Part shown: positions 50,028 through 58,946 of the stretch, piece by piece
Layout: each line of letters starts with the position of its first letter
Position numbering within the stretch: position 1 is the stretch's first letter
Origin: a virus
Reading direction: 5' to 3' (one strand)
Length of the DNA: 64,000 nt
IMG/VR virus record: IMGVR_UViG_3300033145_000849
Location: 64,267-128,266 of that record
The notes under the pieces: model-generated
Database searches by the model: none
What the model saw: the letters and a program-made list of their open reading frames with translations, nothing else
Told to the model about the DNA's origin: nothing
Translations under genes and position numbers: made by a program

Positions 50028-50612
50028 ATGACAACTAAAGATACAAAAACGATTACTGTTAAACAACTTGAAGAAAATCTTGTAGTTATCAATGAAGATA
50101 TTGCTAGCTATAACAAGATGAGAAAAGCTATCAAACAACATATTAAAGACATGAAGAGAAATAAGCTTGATGATTTTAAGCTTGGTGTCTTTAAAAGGTT
50201 TGAAGAAGCAGCAGATGATCTCAAGTATAAGAGAGACAATCCTATTGGATATCGCCATGATATCATTATTCAAGCTGCTGATAAGAAAATTACGCGATTA
50301 GAGAAGAAAATCGAATCAAAGAAAGGTTTGAGTAATAAAGAGAATACATTCTTGCATGAAACAACTAGTAAACTCAATAGGATTGAGGAGCTGGAACAGG
50401 CTAAGAATGTTAAAGCAGTTCCAGCGTTGTTGAGTCGTCTTGCCGTCTTGATAGACATAGCAAACGAACAACTTAAAAAGACAGAGAAAGAGGAAGAAGA
50501 ACTTCACGACGATCCTGGCATGAAGTTGATGAAAGATTTAATCATAAGCATTCCTGGGATGCAAAAAGAGCTAGATCCAGAGATCCTTGAAGCATTGAAA
50601 GGAGCTAAGTAA
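50028..50612 (+). CDS. Coiled-coil hypothetical protein
   Basis: GAGGAGG RBS before MTTKDT. Confidence 0.6.
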   Translation: MTTKDTKTITVKQLEENLVVINEDIASYNKMRKAIKQHIKDMKRNKLDDFKLGVFKRFEEAADDLKYKRDNPIGYRHDIIIQAADKKITRLEKKIESKKGLSNKENTFLHETTSKLNRIEELEQAKNVKAVPALLSRLAVLIDIANEQLKKTEKEEEELHDDPGMKLMKDLIISIPGMQKELDPEILEALKGAK

Positions 50613-50989
50613 TGGTTGTTAATGGTCTGAGTCTAGCAATTCTAACAGGAGCAGCATTTTATTTTATCTTCAATAAGCTGCCTAAAAGAATGCGGCGATT
50701 CATGCAAAGACATATGCTACTCACTGATGCAGTAGCATGCTTGTTAACTTACATGCTCTTTGGAGGTACTCTTGTAGCTCTATTCGCAGCTGCCTGGCTA
50801 GGTCTGATCATTAGTGTTATGTTGACTCTTCTTAATAATAAGAAGATCAGTAAAGCAATTGAGCGCCTTGCTAGTAAGCTTACTCAACTCAAAGAAGCTA
50901 GCTTCGATTGGGTAGAGAAAGTTGCTACACCAGCAGACGAAGAGCTTCCAAGCAATGTTACTCCAATTCGAGAGAAAGAAGCTGCATAA
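50612..50989 (+). CDS. Membrane protein
   Basis: Two to three hydrophobic segments. Confidence 0.65.
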   Translation: MVVNGLSLAILTGAAFYFIFNKLPKRMRRFMQRHMLLTDAVACLLTYMLFGGTLVALFAAAWLGLIISVMLTLLNNKKISKAIERLASKLTQLKEASFDWVEKVATPADEELPSNVTPIREKEAA

Positions 50990-51002
50990 ACATAATTCAT
51001 CT

Positions 51003-51072
51003 GTGAGAGGCCTGAGGTCCCCTGGAAACCCTAGTTAACGATAGGCTGCCCTTCGTGCCTCGGGTCTCTCAC
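51003..51072 (+). ncRNA. Candidate intergenic structured RNA
   Basis: 15-bp closing stem gtgagaggcctgagg/cctcgggtctctcac with G-U pairs. Confidence 0.35.
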
Positions 51073-51092
51073 TCCTCCTTAAAGGATATAGT

Positions 51093-51278
51093 ATGAAAGA
51101 AGAACTAAAAAAGTTAGTGTCAGAGTGGTGTAAATATGCTGGTAGGTGGAGAGAAGGAGCTCATACTAGCTGGCAGAATGGCTACTTTACAGAATATAGT
51201 ATACAGTCTGCTGCTGGTACTGCCTATGAGAAGGCTAGTGAACAGCTAGATGCAATCATTAGTAAATATGATACTTAA
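51093..51278 (+). CDS. Hypothetical protein
   Basis: AAGGA RBS; 61 aa. Confidence 0.5.
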   Translation: MKEELKKLVSEWCKYAGRWREGAHTSWQNGYFTEYSIQSAAGTAYEKASEQLDAIISKYDT

Positions 51279-51324
51279 GATACTTTGAAGATACATAAAG
51301 GCGAATAAAGATACTTTGGAGAAC

Positions 51325-51549
51325 ATGATGACTGATAACAAAGCACCAGCTATACAAAAGATATTAGATGCTACTGCAGAATTACAATGGGGCAGGACAA
51401 GGACGGCCTCTTTAGACAGTAAGACATGTGTCTGTTGTGGTAAATCGGCTACTTCTTTTACGGATGACCTATCCAAAAGAGAATATAGCATCAGTGGGTT
51501 GTGTCAGACATGCCAAGACACTACCTTCGGAGTAGATGATGATGATTAA
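51325..51549 (+). CDS. Small Zn-finger phage protein
   Basis: CVCCG...FTDDLSKREYSISGLCQTCQD. Confidence 0.65.
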   Translation: MMTDNKAPAIQKILDATAELQWGRTRTASLDSKTCVCCGKSATSFTDDLSKREYSISGLCQTCQDTTFGVDDDD

Positions 51550-52000
51550 GTATATTATTATACTTGCTATCTGTATTGGTGGATGTGGCGCGGGTAATCA
51601 TCAACCATGTGACTATAATACAAAGCATGGTATATGTGTCTACGTCAGTGACAACAACCATCCATCAGTAGAAGAGATTGAAACAGTAACTGAAAGGGTT
51701 ATCGATTGGTTTATTCCATATTGTTCAGAAACTAAGTCCTTATGGGTTATGTCCTGGCTTACTGTTCGATACTTTGATGGATTCTCAGTTGAGTGTCATG
51801 GATATCCAGGCCGCGCATGTTCTAACTCGTCAGGCTATGTATCAATATCAGAAAGCAATGCAGTAAGTAATACTGTTGGATTACTCTGGCATGAACTTGG
51901 TCATTCAATCATGTGGAACATTGAAGAATTGGCACTCATCAACCATCATACATGGATGTGTGAAACAGAATTCGATCTAGCAGCCTGTAGGTGGAAATAA
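51536..52000 (+). CDS. Putative lipoprotein with HExxH zinc-metallopeptidase motif
   Basis: Signal peptide with IGGC lipobox; LLWHELGHS...HH. Confidence 0.6.
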   Translation: MMMIKYIIILAICIGGCGAGNHQPCDYNTKHGICVYVSDNNHPSVEEIETVTERVIDWFIPYCSETKSLWVMSWLTVRYFDGFSVECHGYPGRACSNSSGYVSISESNAVSNTVGLLWHELGHSIMWNIEELALINHHTWMCETEFDLAACRWK

Positions 52001-52015
52001 CAGAAAGAAACAAAT

Positions 52016-52210
52016 ATGAGTAAACCTAAGTATATAAGAGGATTAATTGGTGATCATGAAGTTGTTCATCATATATATGAAATGCCATCAGGATATCTAG
52101 TAGGTATACCTGAAAAAGCATGGAATGATGAACCTCATGGAGTCTGGGTTATGGATCCATATGACCATAGCCCATATAGAATTTTTAAACTTAAAGACTC
52201 GGAGGAATAG
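52016..52210 (+). CDS. Hypothetical protein
   Basis: Packed operon. Confidence 0.5.
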   Translation: MSKPKYIRGLIGDHEVVHHIYEMPSGYLVGIPEKAWNDEPHGVWVMDPYDHSPYRIFKLKDSEE

Positions 52211-52429
52211 ATGAGAACAAAAGAAAGTGTAAGAGACGTAGAGAATCGAAAGGTTAGACTTGTTTTTGATTCTACAACTACACGTCTTAGCTTCATAGTA
52301 TATGAAGGAGACGAGTATACCTGTATAGAATTTGAAGGCAATGATGTTTCTAAGCTTAAGCACTTCATTCAAGAAGCTGAACAAGCAGTAGAAGAGGAAA
52401 CTACTGATGTCGGGAGGAAGACGACATAA
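52211..52429 (+). CDS. Hypothetical protein
   Basis: GGAGG RBS. Confidence 0.55.
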   Translation: MRTKESVRDVENRKVRLVFDSTTTRLSFIVYEGDEYTCIEFEGNDVSKLKHFIQEAEQAVEEETTDVGRKTT

Positions 52430-52644
52430 TTGTCTGTTAAATAGAACTTTTCTACCGCTTGCTTCCTTATTAATCTTAGCATTCTTCGTCAATGGCTACG
52501 TGAATTCGCTTACTTCATCCGGCTCACTACGTTTCGCCGGTCTTGTTCACTCACCCTTGACTTCGATGCTGGACAGATTAAACGTCGCTCGCTTTGAATA
52601 GTTCAAAGATGAGTAAATATAATCAACCGTAGCTCAAGGAGGCC

Positions 52645-53337
52645 ATGATGTTCAATAAACTTATCAATGTAAAAGAGTTGTTGGAAGCAAAACTTGGCTT
52701 TGTCATTCGTGATGAAGACAGTGATGGCCTTAAGTTTACGGACCCAGCAGAAATGAGCTTGGAGGAACTTGAAGAAACAAAAGACTATACTGATAGAGTA
52801 TTAGGACTTAGAGCTCAAAAATGTCCAGACTTTCAAATAGAAAGGACATTTACCACAACTAGATATGCATACGAAGCAGATAAGCATGGCTTCCCTAAGT
52901 CTGTATGCATCCGAGAAAAGATTACTGATGACAATACTCAGATATCAGACCCTTACTTCACTACCACAGGCAACAGGCCGGTTATTAAAGGGTTTGCTGA
53001 ACTCAGAGACATGTGTCGCTCGAAGGGTGGATTCAGTGATCTAGAGATACCTGAAGAGAACAACCTAGACAAACTATGTAATGACATAGTATGGAACGAT
53101 AGAAAGGAACAGAAGGCGCGGAGAGCTCAGTTAACGGCTAAGATCCAGCGGGTTATTGCACGAATGGATAATCTTGGTAAAGTATATGGCTTTGCTAAAC
53201 GTTTTAGGACAGCACTCAAGACATCCAGGAACAAGTGTTCCGAAACAGGATGGGACAGTGTTCTGGTTGATAAAGGCCAAGCTAAGCAGATTAAAGATGC
53301 TATTGAAGATAAGATTGCGAGGATAAAACGTCTATGA
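52645..53337 (+). CDS. Hypothetical protein, paralog of 47067-47921
   Basis: AGGAGG RBS; SDPYFTTTGNRPV. Confidence 0.65.
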   Translation: MMFNKLINVKELLEAKLGFVIRDEDSDGLKFTDPAEMSLEELEETKDYTDRVLGLRAQKCPDFQIERTFTTTRYAYEADKHGFPKSVCIREKITDDNTQISDPYFTTTGNRPVIKGFAELRDMCRSKGGFSDLEIPEENNLDKLCNDIVWNDRKEQKARRAQLTAKIQRVIARMDNLGKVYGFAKRFRTALKTSRNKCSETGWDSVLVDKGQAKQIKDAIEDKIARIKRL

Positions 53338-53635
53338 ATAAAATCTATAGAATCTCATGGGAAAGAGCGGTTCTGTACCATGGTGAAATTGTTATAAATG
53401 ATATGACCGATCCGGCAATTATGGCAGAAAGTCATATGCGAGAGGGCGAGCTTATAATGCGATGTCATAAAATTAATGTTGACAAAGCAGAAGAAAAGAT
53501 TGTTGGATTAACGGATGACGAGACGGGAGAAGCTATAATTGGACCAGAGATCCATGTTTTAAGAAATGGAAAAATGGTACTTGTTTCAAAAGAAGTACGA
53601 GAATCCATAGAAATTGAAGATAAGATTGCGAGGAT
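53302..53635 (+). repeat. 23-bp direct repeat (53302-53324 and 53613-53635) bracketing one gene
   Basis: attgaagataagattgcgaggat twice; encodes IEDKIAR in both genes. Confidence 0.9.
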
Positions 53636-53645
53636 GAAGAAGTGA
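53334..53645 (+). CDS. Hypothetical protein
   Basis: ATGA overlap with the upstream gene. Confidence 0.6.
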   Translation: MNKIYRISWERAVLYHGEIVINDMTDPAIMAESHMREGELIMRCHKINVDKAEEKIVGLTDDETGEAIIGPEIHVLRNGKMVLVSKEVRESIEIEDKIARMKK

Positions 53646-53857
53646 GTGATGAAGAACATCGTCAATGTAGACCTATGACAGCTGAATGCTTTCCTGATAA
53701 ACTTACGGTCCAAGAATTCATGAGGTTAATCATTGATGCTAAAACTGTTGATGCATTTATGAATAATATGTCTATTCTCAATAGAATGGAAGAAAAGAGA
53801 TGGCCAGAAGATTGGATGCAAACCTTTCTAGAATGGTTAGAAATGGAGAAAGAATAA
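53642..53857 (+). CDS. Hypothetical protein
   Basis: GTGA overlap. Confidence 0.55.
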   Translation: MSDEEHRQCRPMTAECFPDKLTVQEFMRLIIDAKTVDAFMNNMSILNRMEEKRWPEDWMQTFLEWLEMEKE

Positions 53858-53869
53858 GCGAGATAAATC

Positions 53870-54169
53870 ATGAAGTATGAGTTTTGGGATGTTAATAAAC
53901 ATGGTGTAATGTCTTATGTAAGAAGATTTTTCGGGAAAAAGAGAACTCCATCTGACAAGAAAATTTTTGTACAGGTGGGTGATAGTATGATGAGAGAATC
54001 CAAAATGCTATCCGAGTTGAAAAAAGGTGATGTTTTTAACCAATCTTCAGGACTAGATGGCGAAAGTAACAGATGGATTAAATGTACAAGTGATGCATAT
54101 GTCCGTGTTTACGATACAAAAGGGGAGTATCCGGAATGGGTAGTGAATGGGTACTCTTTATATCAATAA
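53870..54169 (+). CDS. Hypothetical protein
   Basis: 99-aa ORF. Confidence 0.5.
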   Translation: MKYEFWDVNKHGVMSYVRRFFGKKRTPSDKKIFVQVGDSMMRESKMLSELKKGDVFNQSSGLDGESNRWIKCTSDAYVRVYDTKGEYPEWVVNGYSLYQ

Positions 54170-54276
54170 TATTTAATGGAGAAAGGTAAGCCCGAAAGGG
54201 CTGGCTGGAAGTTAGATAAAGCTTCTAGAGCTAGTAGGGTGACGTTAGAATACGGCTACCGTGACTAGCATTTAAT

Positions 54277-54351
54277 GGCGCATTAGCCCAATTGGCACGA
54301 GGCGTCTGGTTTAGGGCCAGAATGTTCTAGGTTCAAATCCTAGATGCGCTA
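54277..54351 (+). tRNA. tRNA-Leu(UAG), short variable loop, no encoded CCA
   Basis: Acceptor ggcgcat/atgcgct; anticodon arm tctgg-ttTAGgg-ccaga; T arm ctagg-ttcaaat-cctag; A73. Confidence 0.8.
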
Positions 54352-54364
54352 CTAGGAGAACAAC

Positions 54365-54556
54365 ATGATTGCTTTAGGTCTTACATCACTAATCATTCTA
54401 CTGATTTGTGAAGTTGCAATGATTATCAGTATAGTTGTTGGTTGTAATGAATTAGATACTCCACTCAGAAGCGGGGTCTTCCTCTTTTGGTGTATCTTAA
54501 CTGCATTAATTAACATTCCAACTGTCTATATATACATGGTATTGTCTAATTTGTAG
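54365..54556 (+). CDS. Small two-TM membrane protein between tRNAs
   Basis: AGGAG RBS; hydrophobic. Confidence 0.55.
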   Translation: MIALGLTSLIILLICEVAMIISIVVGCNELDTPLRSGVFLFWCILTALINIPTVYIYMVLSNL

Positions 54557-54559
54557 TAA

Positions 54560-54633
54560 GGTCCCATATTCCAACAGGCAGAGAAACAGCGTTTAAAACG
54601 CTGCCAGTGCTGGTTCGACTCCAGCTGGGACTA
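54560..54633 (+). tRNA. tRNA-Leu(UAA), short variable loop, no encoded CCA
   Basis: Acceptor ggtccca/tgggact; cagcg-ttTAAaa-cgctg; gctgg-ttcgact-ccagc; A73. Confidence 0.8.
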
Positions 54634-54636
54634 TAT

Positions 54637-54708
54637 GGGTCACGCTCAGGGTAAGCTCGTTGGGCTCCAAACCTGACTGGATGCGGGGTTCAATTCCTCG
54701 GTGGCCCG
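54637..54708 (+). tRNA. tRNA-Trp(CCA), atypical D arm
   Basis: Acceptor gggtcac/gtggccc; ttggg-ctCCAaa-cctga; cgggg-ttcaatt-cctcg; G73. Confidence 0.65.
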
Positions 54709-54723
54709 CAGAGGAAAAGAAAG

Positions 54724-54930
54724 ATGACAGTTGAACAGCTTCATAAAATAACTGGTCAGTTAATTAAAGAGGGACATGGATTAGCGCCAGTATTATTTGA
54801 TACTGAAGCTCAAACTTATCACTATCATATGGCAAGTATAGATGAAGTATTCTTTGAAGAAGAACCATATCCACATTGTGGACTTCATGAAAATATTCCA
54901 CATCATACTTGTACTAAAAAGTGTGAATAA
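54724..54930 (+). CDS. Hypothetical protein
   Basis: MTVEQL..L start typical of small phage proteins. Confidence 0.55.
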   Translation: MTVEQLHKITGQLIKEGHGLAPVLFDTEAQTYHYHMASIDEVFFEEEPYPHCGLHENIPHHTCTKKCE

Positions 54931-54944
54931 GTATTCGGTTTATT

Positions 54945-55016
54945 GCTGGTGTAGCTCAGTTGGTAGAGCAGTTGATTTGTAATCAGCAGTTACGGGTTCA
55001 AGTCCTGTTACCAGCT
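54945..55016 (+). tRNA. tRNA-Thr(UGU)
   Basis: gctggtg-tagctcagttggtagagc-a-gttga-ttTGTaa-tcagc...ggttcaagtcc...taccagc. Confidence 0.9.
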
Positions 55017-55030
55017 CAAGGGAGAAATAG

Positions 55031-55273
55031 ATGAAAATAGATCATTTAGCAATTATACTAGAGAAAGACAGTTGGAACGAAGCTGTAGCTTTAGTTGTTC
55101 CTAATGAAGATGCTATAAGTGATCAAGTCCTTAAAGCTGTTAAGATAGCAATAGGATTTGGTAGAGAAGTTAATGTAAGAATGGCGCATCGTGTCATGGA
55201 TCTAGATGAGCTTATGGATAAACTCTATGAAATACATGGTGCTGATAAACCATCTAGTGATGGAGTGAAGTAA
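55031..55273 (+). CDS. Hypothetical protein
   Basis: GGGAG RBS. Confidence 0.55.
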   Translation: MKIDHLAIILEKDSWNEAVALVVPNEDAISDQVLKAVKIAIGFGREVNVRMAHRVMDLDELMDKLYEIHGADKPSSDGVK

Positions 55274-55578
55274 TGAGGCCCGATCCGTATGTAGGAATGG
55301 CAGTATATTGGTCTAGTCTTAATGAATGGGGAACGGTCACTAGAGTTATTTCGCATAGAATAGAAGGGTTTGATACTTTAATCAGTTTTTCTGATCGTGA
55401 AATTGAACAAGAAGGCACAACTGATCAATGGTCTAGTTCTCTTTTCTTATCAGGAGAACCAGGTTGTCCACCTCGTGGTGGAGAGATAGATCAAGTAAAA
55501 ACGCCCGGTCCATTACCACCAGCTGAAGAACCAGAAGAAGACCTGGTTGATACCCTAAGAATGATAACAGAAGAATGA
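55273..55578 (+). CDS. Small SH3-like protein (PYVGMAVY start)
   Basis: TAATG coupling; beta-barrel-type N-terminus. Confidence 0.5.
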   Translation: MRPDPYVGMAVYWSSLNEWGTVTRVISHRIEGFDTLISFSDREIEQEGTTDQWSSSLFLSGEPGCPPRGGEIDQVKTPGPLPPAEEPEEDLVDTLRMITEE

Positions 55579-55579
55579 T

Positions 55580-56008
55580 GTGAGTTACTATAACAGACAA
55601 GGTCAACCTATTTCTATGGAAGAGTGTGCTCGTCTTAGTAGGAGTAATAACTATTCATGGGTGGCTAAGAGTTATCTTGATGGAACAGATATATATGTTA
55701 GTACAGTATGGTTAGGAGTAGATCATTCCTTTGGTGAAGGACAGCCTCTTATCTTTGAGACCATAGTGTTCGGTGATGAACATGAAAGCTGCACACGATA
55801 TGGTACTGAAGAAGCAGCTATTGCTGGTCATAGAGAAATTGTACATTTTTTTAATCAAGAGCAACAAAAAGATCATGTAAATGTTCTTGTATGGAGTCAT
55901 GAAACATATTATTCTGATGGTTCTTTTAATCCACCAAAAGAGGTAGAAAAAGTAGAAGAAGAGGATGAGATAGCCAACAGAATAGAGGATATCTTAGAGA
56001 ACGAGTAA
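55580..56008 (+). CDS. Hypothetical phage protein (VSTVWLG.DH...FET.VFG...RY.T...A..GH family)
   Basis: Motif pattern I recognise from phage hypothetical proteins. Confidence 0.6.
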   Translation: MSYYNRQGQPISMEECARLSRSNNYSWVAKSYLDGTDIYVSTVWLGVDHSFGEGQPLIFETIVFGDEHESCTRYGTEEAAIAGHREIVHFFNQEQQKDHVNVLVWSHETYYSDGSFNPPKEVEKVEEEDEIANRIEDILENE

Positions 56009-56429
56009 AAGTAGTGACTAAAAAGCTTATAATTAAAGTATATTGCCCTCACTGTCAACCAGAGATGGCAAAAAAATACAATATCTTACTCTATCACTCA
56101 ACAATAGAGTTGTTCTGTAAAAGATGTAGAACTTTCTTTAGTTTTAGCATGTAATCATAGCTAAAAGTATAAGAAGACTATTATATAAAGTAAGAGGTAA
56201 ATAAATAAACCAATTTGGTTGGTTGTAACACTTGTGCCAAAAAGGGCTAAACAATGGAATTACCTCCGAATAATGATAGGAATTGGTTTATGATTAAGAC
56301 TCAGAAAAAATGGATAGATCAGCTACATTTAGAGAACGATGATCTTTCTTGGAAGTTAAAGCTATCAGTTTTAATCAACTTTATAATACTTATGTCTACA
56401 ATAGCATATCTATTGGCAAAGTATTTGTA

Positions 56430-56642
56430 ATGAAAGTTAAAGCACAAACTCTGGTAGTTTATACTCTTCATGTTAAGAAGAGTAATAATAAAGCTACTAT
56501 CAAAGAGTTGAATGTAGGTGTTGTTTATGAAGGACCAGAAGATGGCGCGATTCAGTTCTTTAAGGACAGAAAAGCAGTCAGGTTTACAAGCATGAAAGGT
56601 CCTGGAAACAAGACAATGGCTTATTATGGAGCATATAAATGA
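56430..56642 (+). CDS. Hypothetical protein
   Basis: ATG at 56430; ATGA overlap with the next gene. Confidence 0.45.
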   Translation: MKVKAQTLVVYTLHVKKSNNKATIKELNVGVVYEGPEDGAIQFFKDRKAVRFTSMKGPGNKTMAYYGAYK

Positions 56643-56986
56643 GATATAAACAGGATTACTTTGCAGAACTTAAGGACCAAGTAAAAAACATCCAAAAAGA
56701 GAATCGACGTTATGACTCTCCGGGCAAAAAGGCTTATGAGAAGAGACGTAGATTTGATAGTCTTAATAAACAGTTTCATAGGATTAACGATACTTTCTAT
56801 GAAATGAGAATGCCATGGAGATTAGAAGGATTAACAGATTTAGCATGGAAAGCTAAAGATGTTGAAACTACTAAAGACATAGAAGAAGTTCGTTTAGCTT
56901 ATATGAAACTACGTGATTGTATGAGGAAGTTAGGATACAATATCGCAGCAAGAGGTGAAGGTAGTGAAAATACAGATTCTAAGTGA
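56639..56986 (+). CDS. Hypothetical basic protein
   Basis: 115-aa ORF. Confidence 0.55.
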   Translation: MRYKQDYFAELKDQVKNIQKENRRYDSPGKKAYEKRRRFDSLNKQFHRINDTFYEMRMPWRLEGLTDLAWKAKDVETTKDIEEVRLAYMKLRDCMRKLGYNIAARGEGSENTDSK

Positions 56987-57734
56987 TCTGCATTGTGAAT
57001 GCTTTGGGTCACTTAAAACACTTAACCCTTTCCTGGAGTCATTGACTCCTGAGGCAGAGGAAGACCGAGAGGTTGTAGTACTAGCTGGGGATATCGGCAC
57101 AACAGGGTCTGAAGTTAGTCAGACCATGTTCTTTTATGTATTAGATTACTTTAACGAACATTGGAAACAAGTGTTATATGTACCAGGTAACCATGAGTAC
57201 TATAAGAACAATTTGTGGGATTGTGATAAATTGTTTAAAAAGTGGGAACTTTTATTAGACAATTTTGTTCTTTTAGAAAGAGAATGCTTTATAAGAGAGA
57301 ATTATCCTGATATACGGTTTATTGGAGCTACGATGTGGTTTCCTGAAAGACCATTGAATAGTTTGTACTTTGATATGATGAGTGATTTTCATCTCATTAA
57401 AAATGGAATGAACGAATTAGAGCTAAGAGGCGAAGAATCAATTAGATACCTGAAACAGTATGTTCAGGAAAACGATATAGTTATTACACATCACATGCCT
57501 ACATATCAATCAGTACCTAAACGTTTTAAGAACAGCAGGTTAAATGATTTTTTTGTTAATGAATTGGCTGAAGATATAATCGCGAATAATAAACCTAAAA
57601 TATGGATACATGGTCACACACATGATTCATGTGATTACATGGCGGGTAACACACGCGTAATTTGTAATCCTTATGGTTACCATGGAAGAGAATCAAACTC
57701 TAGTTTCATATACCAATTGATAATAGAAGTGTAA
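56964..57734 (+). CDS. Calcineurin-like metallophosphoesterase
   Basis: SDLH, AGDIG, PGNHEYY, ITHH, IHGHTH, CNPYGY. Confidence 0.92.
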   Translation: MKIQILSDLHCECFGSLKTLNPFLESLTPEAEEDREVVVLAGDIGTTGSEVSQTMFFYVLDYFNEHWKQVLYVPGNHEYYKNNLWDCDKLFKKWELLLDNFVLLERECFIRENYPDIRFIGATMWFPERPLNSLYFDMMSDFHLIKNGMNELELRGEESIRYLKQYVQENDIVITHHMPTYQSVPKRFKNSRLNDFFVNELAEDIIANNKPKIWIHGHTHDSCDYMAGNTRVICNPYGYHGRESNSSFIYQLIIEV

Positions 57735-57736
57735 AA

Positions 57737-58234
57737 ATGTCAGCAGAACATCCAATTAACAAAGAACTAATATTGTATATGCTTAAGATGGCTAGATATT
57801 TACTAGAATCTCATGATTTGTGTAAAGATGTAGTTGCAAGAGACAAAGACGGCAATGAGGCAGATATAACAAATCCAGACACAGTAACTAATCTATCTGT
57901 TACTGGTGCATTAGTAATGTCAATGTCTGTAGCTTTACAGAAGGGATTCGGCGATGATTATCATGACCTTCCTATAGATATAAAGATGTATATCGTTGCT
58001 CTACTACATCAGCTACTAAGTAAAAGAGTACCAACACCAATCGAGGGAAGTCTTGTATCTTTTCAGTCCTACTCTAATAGAGAGGATGTTACTAAAGAAG
58101 AAGTGATAGAAGTCTTCTGTACTACAATTGAAGAAATTGAAGAAGAAGATGATGATGTTAGGTATTACCTTAAAAAAGATCCTGAAGAGATATTTGAAGC
58201 TGTAGAATCAGCACCAAACACGTTGTTAAATTAG
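57737..58234 (+). CDS. Hypothetical protein (DUF6197-like, tentative)
   Basis: ARDKDG...SVTGAL...YSNREDVTKEEVIEVF pattern. Confidence 0.45.
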   Translation: MSAEHPINKELILYMLKMARYLLESHDLCKDVVARDKDGNEADITNPDTVTNLSVTGALVMSMSVALQKGFGDDYHDLPIDIKMYIVALLHQLLSKRVPTPIEGSLVSFQSYSNREDVTKEEVIEVFCTTIEEIEEEDDDVRYYLKKDPEEIFEAVESAPNTLLN

Positions 58235-58384
58235 GAGAATTAATGAGACTTAGAGAAGATAAGCAGATCTTCGAATATCCGGATCAAGATTTACATGAAC
58301 TACCCGGTGAACTCTACAACGAAGAGGACAGCGTTGAAGCAATGTTAAGACAGATTTGGGAGTTTGAAAAACAACGAGAGAGAG

Positions 58385-58669
58385 ATGTCAGAACTAAAAT
58401 TAGGTGATATAACTAGGCTTAACCAAACAGGCAGAAATATTATAACTAATGAAAACAATAGTTATCCACAAAGTTGGGTAACTAAACTTTTTGTTATTGC
58501 AAAAGAAATACCTAGTCGTACTGAAACAAAAACATATCTTGTAAAAGATATAACAGGACAAGAAATCTGGAATTCTGTAGATAACACATCTCTTGAGATA
58601 TCAGAAGAATATATGAAAAAGATAGAAGTATGTCCTATGAAACAACAAGAATTTGATTTCAATGGTTAA
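58385..58669 (+). CDS. SH3/KOW-like array protein 1, ends QQEFDFNG
   Basis: LKLGDITRLN start; C-terminal clamp-like motif. Confidence 0.75.
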   Translation: MSELKLGDITRLNQTGRNIITNENNSYPQSWVTKLFVIAKEIPSRTETKTYLVKDITGQEIWNSVDNTSLEISEEYMKKIEVCPMKQQEFDFNG

Positions 58670-58946
58670 ATTACAACCAGGTGATATTGTTAGGTTCAAT
58701 GAAGATGGCAGAAAAATAGTAATGGCTAATGGCATGCCAACTTCTTGGGCTACAATGACATTTATAATTAAAGTAAAAGACATGAGGCGAACGTGGACAG
58801 AGTACTGGTATCTAGTAGATTTAAAAAGACAAAATGTAACAGATGGTAAATTTCCAGGTGGTCTTAGGGCACAGGGTGACCTTTTGGAAAGAGTATCTGG
58901 ATCTGTAGATGCTCCTATACAGCAAGAGTTAAATTTTGACGTATGA
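58662..58946 (+). CDS. SH3/KOW-like array protein 2, ends QQELNFDV
   Basis: LQPGDIVRFN; 8-nt overlap. Confidence 0.75.
   Translation: MVKLQPGDIVRFNEDGRKIVMANGMPTSWATMTFIIKVKDMRRTWTEYWYLVDLKRQNVTDGKFPGGLRAQGDLLERVSGSVDAPIQQELNFDV

Noticed and set aside
52407-52601. 64-aa ORF across the hairpin gap
   Set aside because: Atypical composition and coincides with the structured intergenic element; probably non-coding.
54277-54633. Stop-codon suppressor tRNAs or a recoded genome
   Set aside because: The anticodons read UAG and UAA (decoding Leu CUA/UUA), not CUA/UUA. Genes are intact under code 11, and TAA, TAG and TGA all serve as stops.
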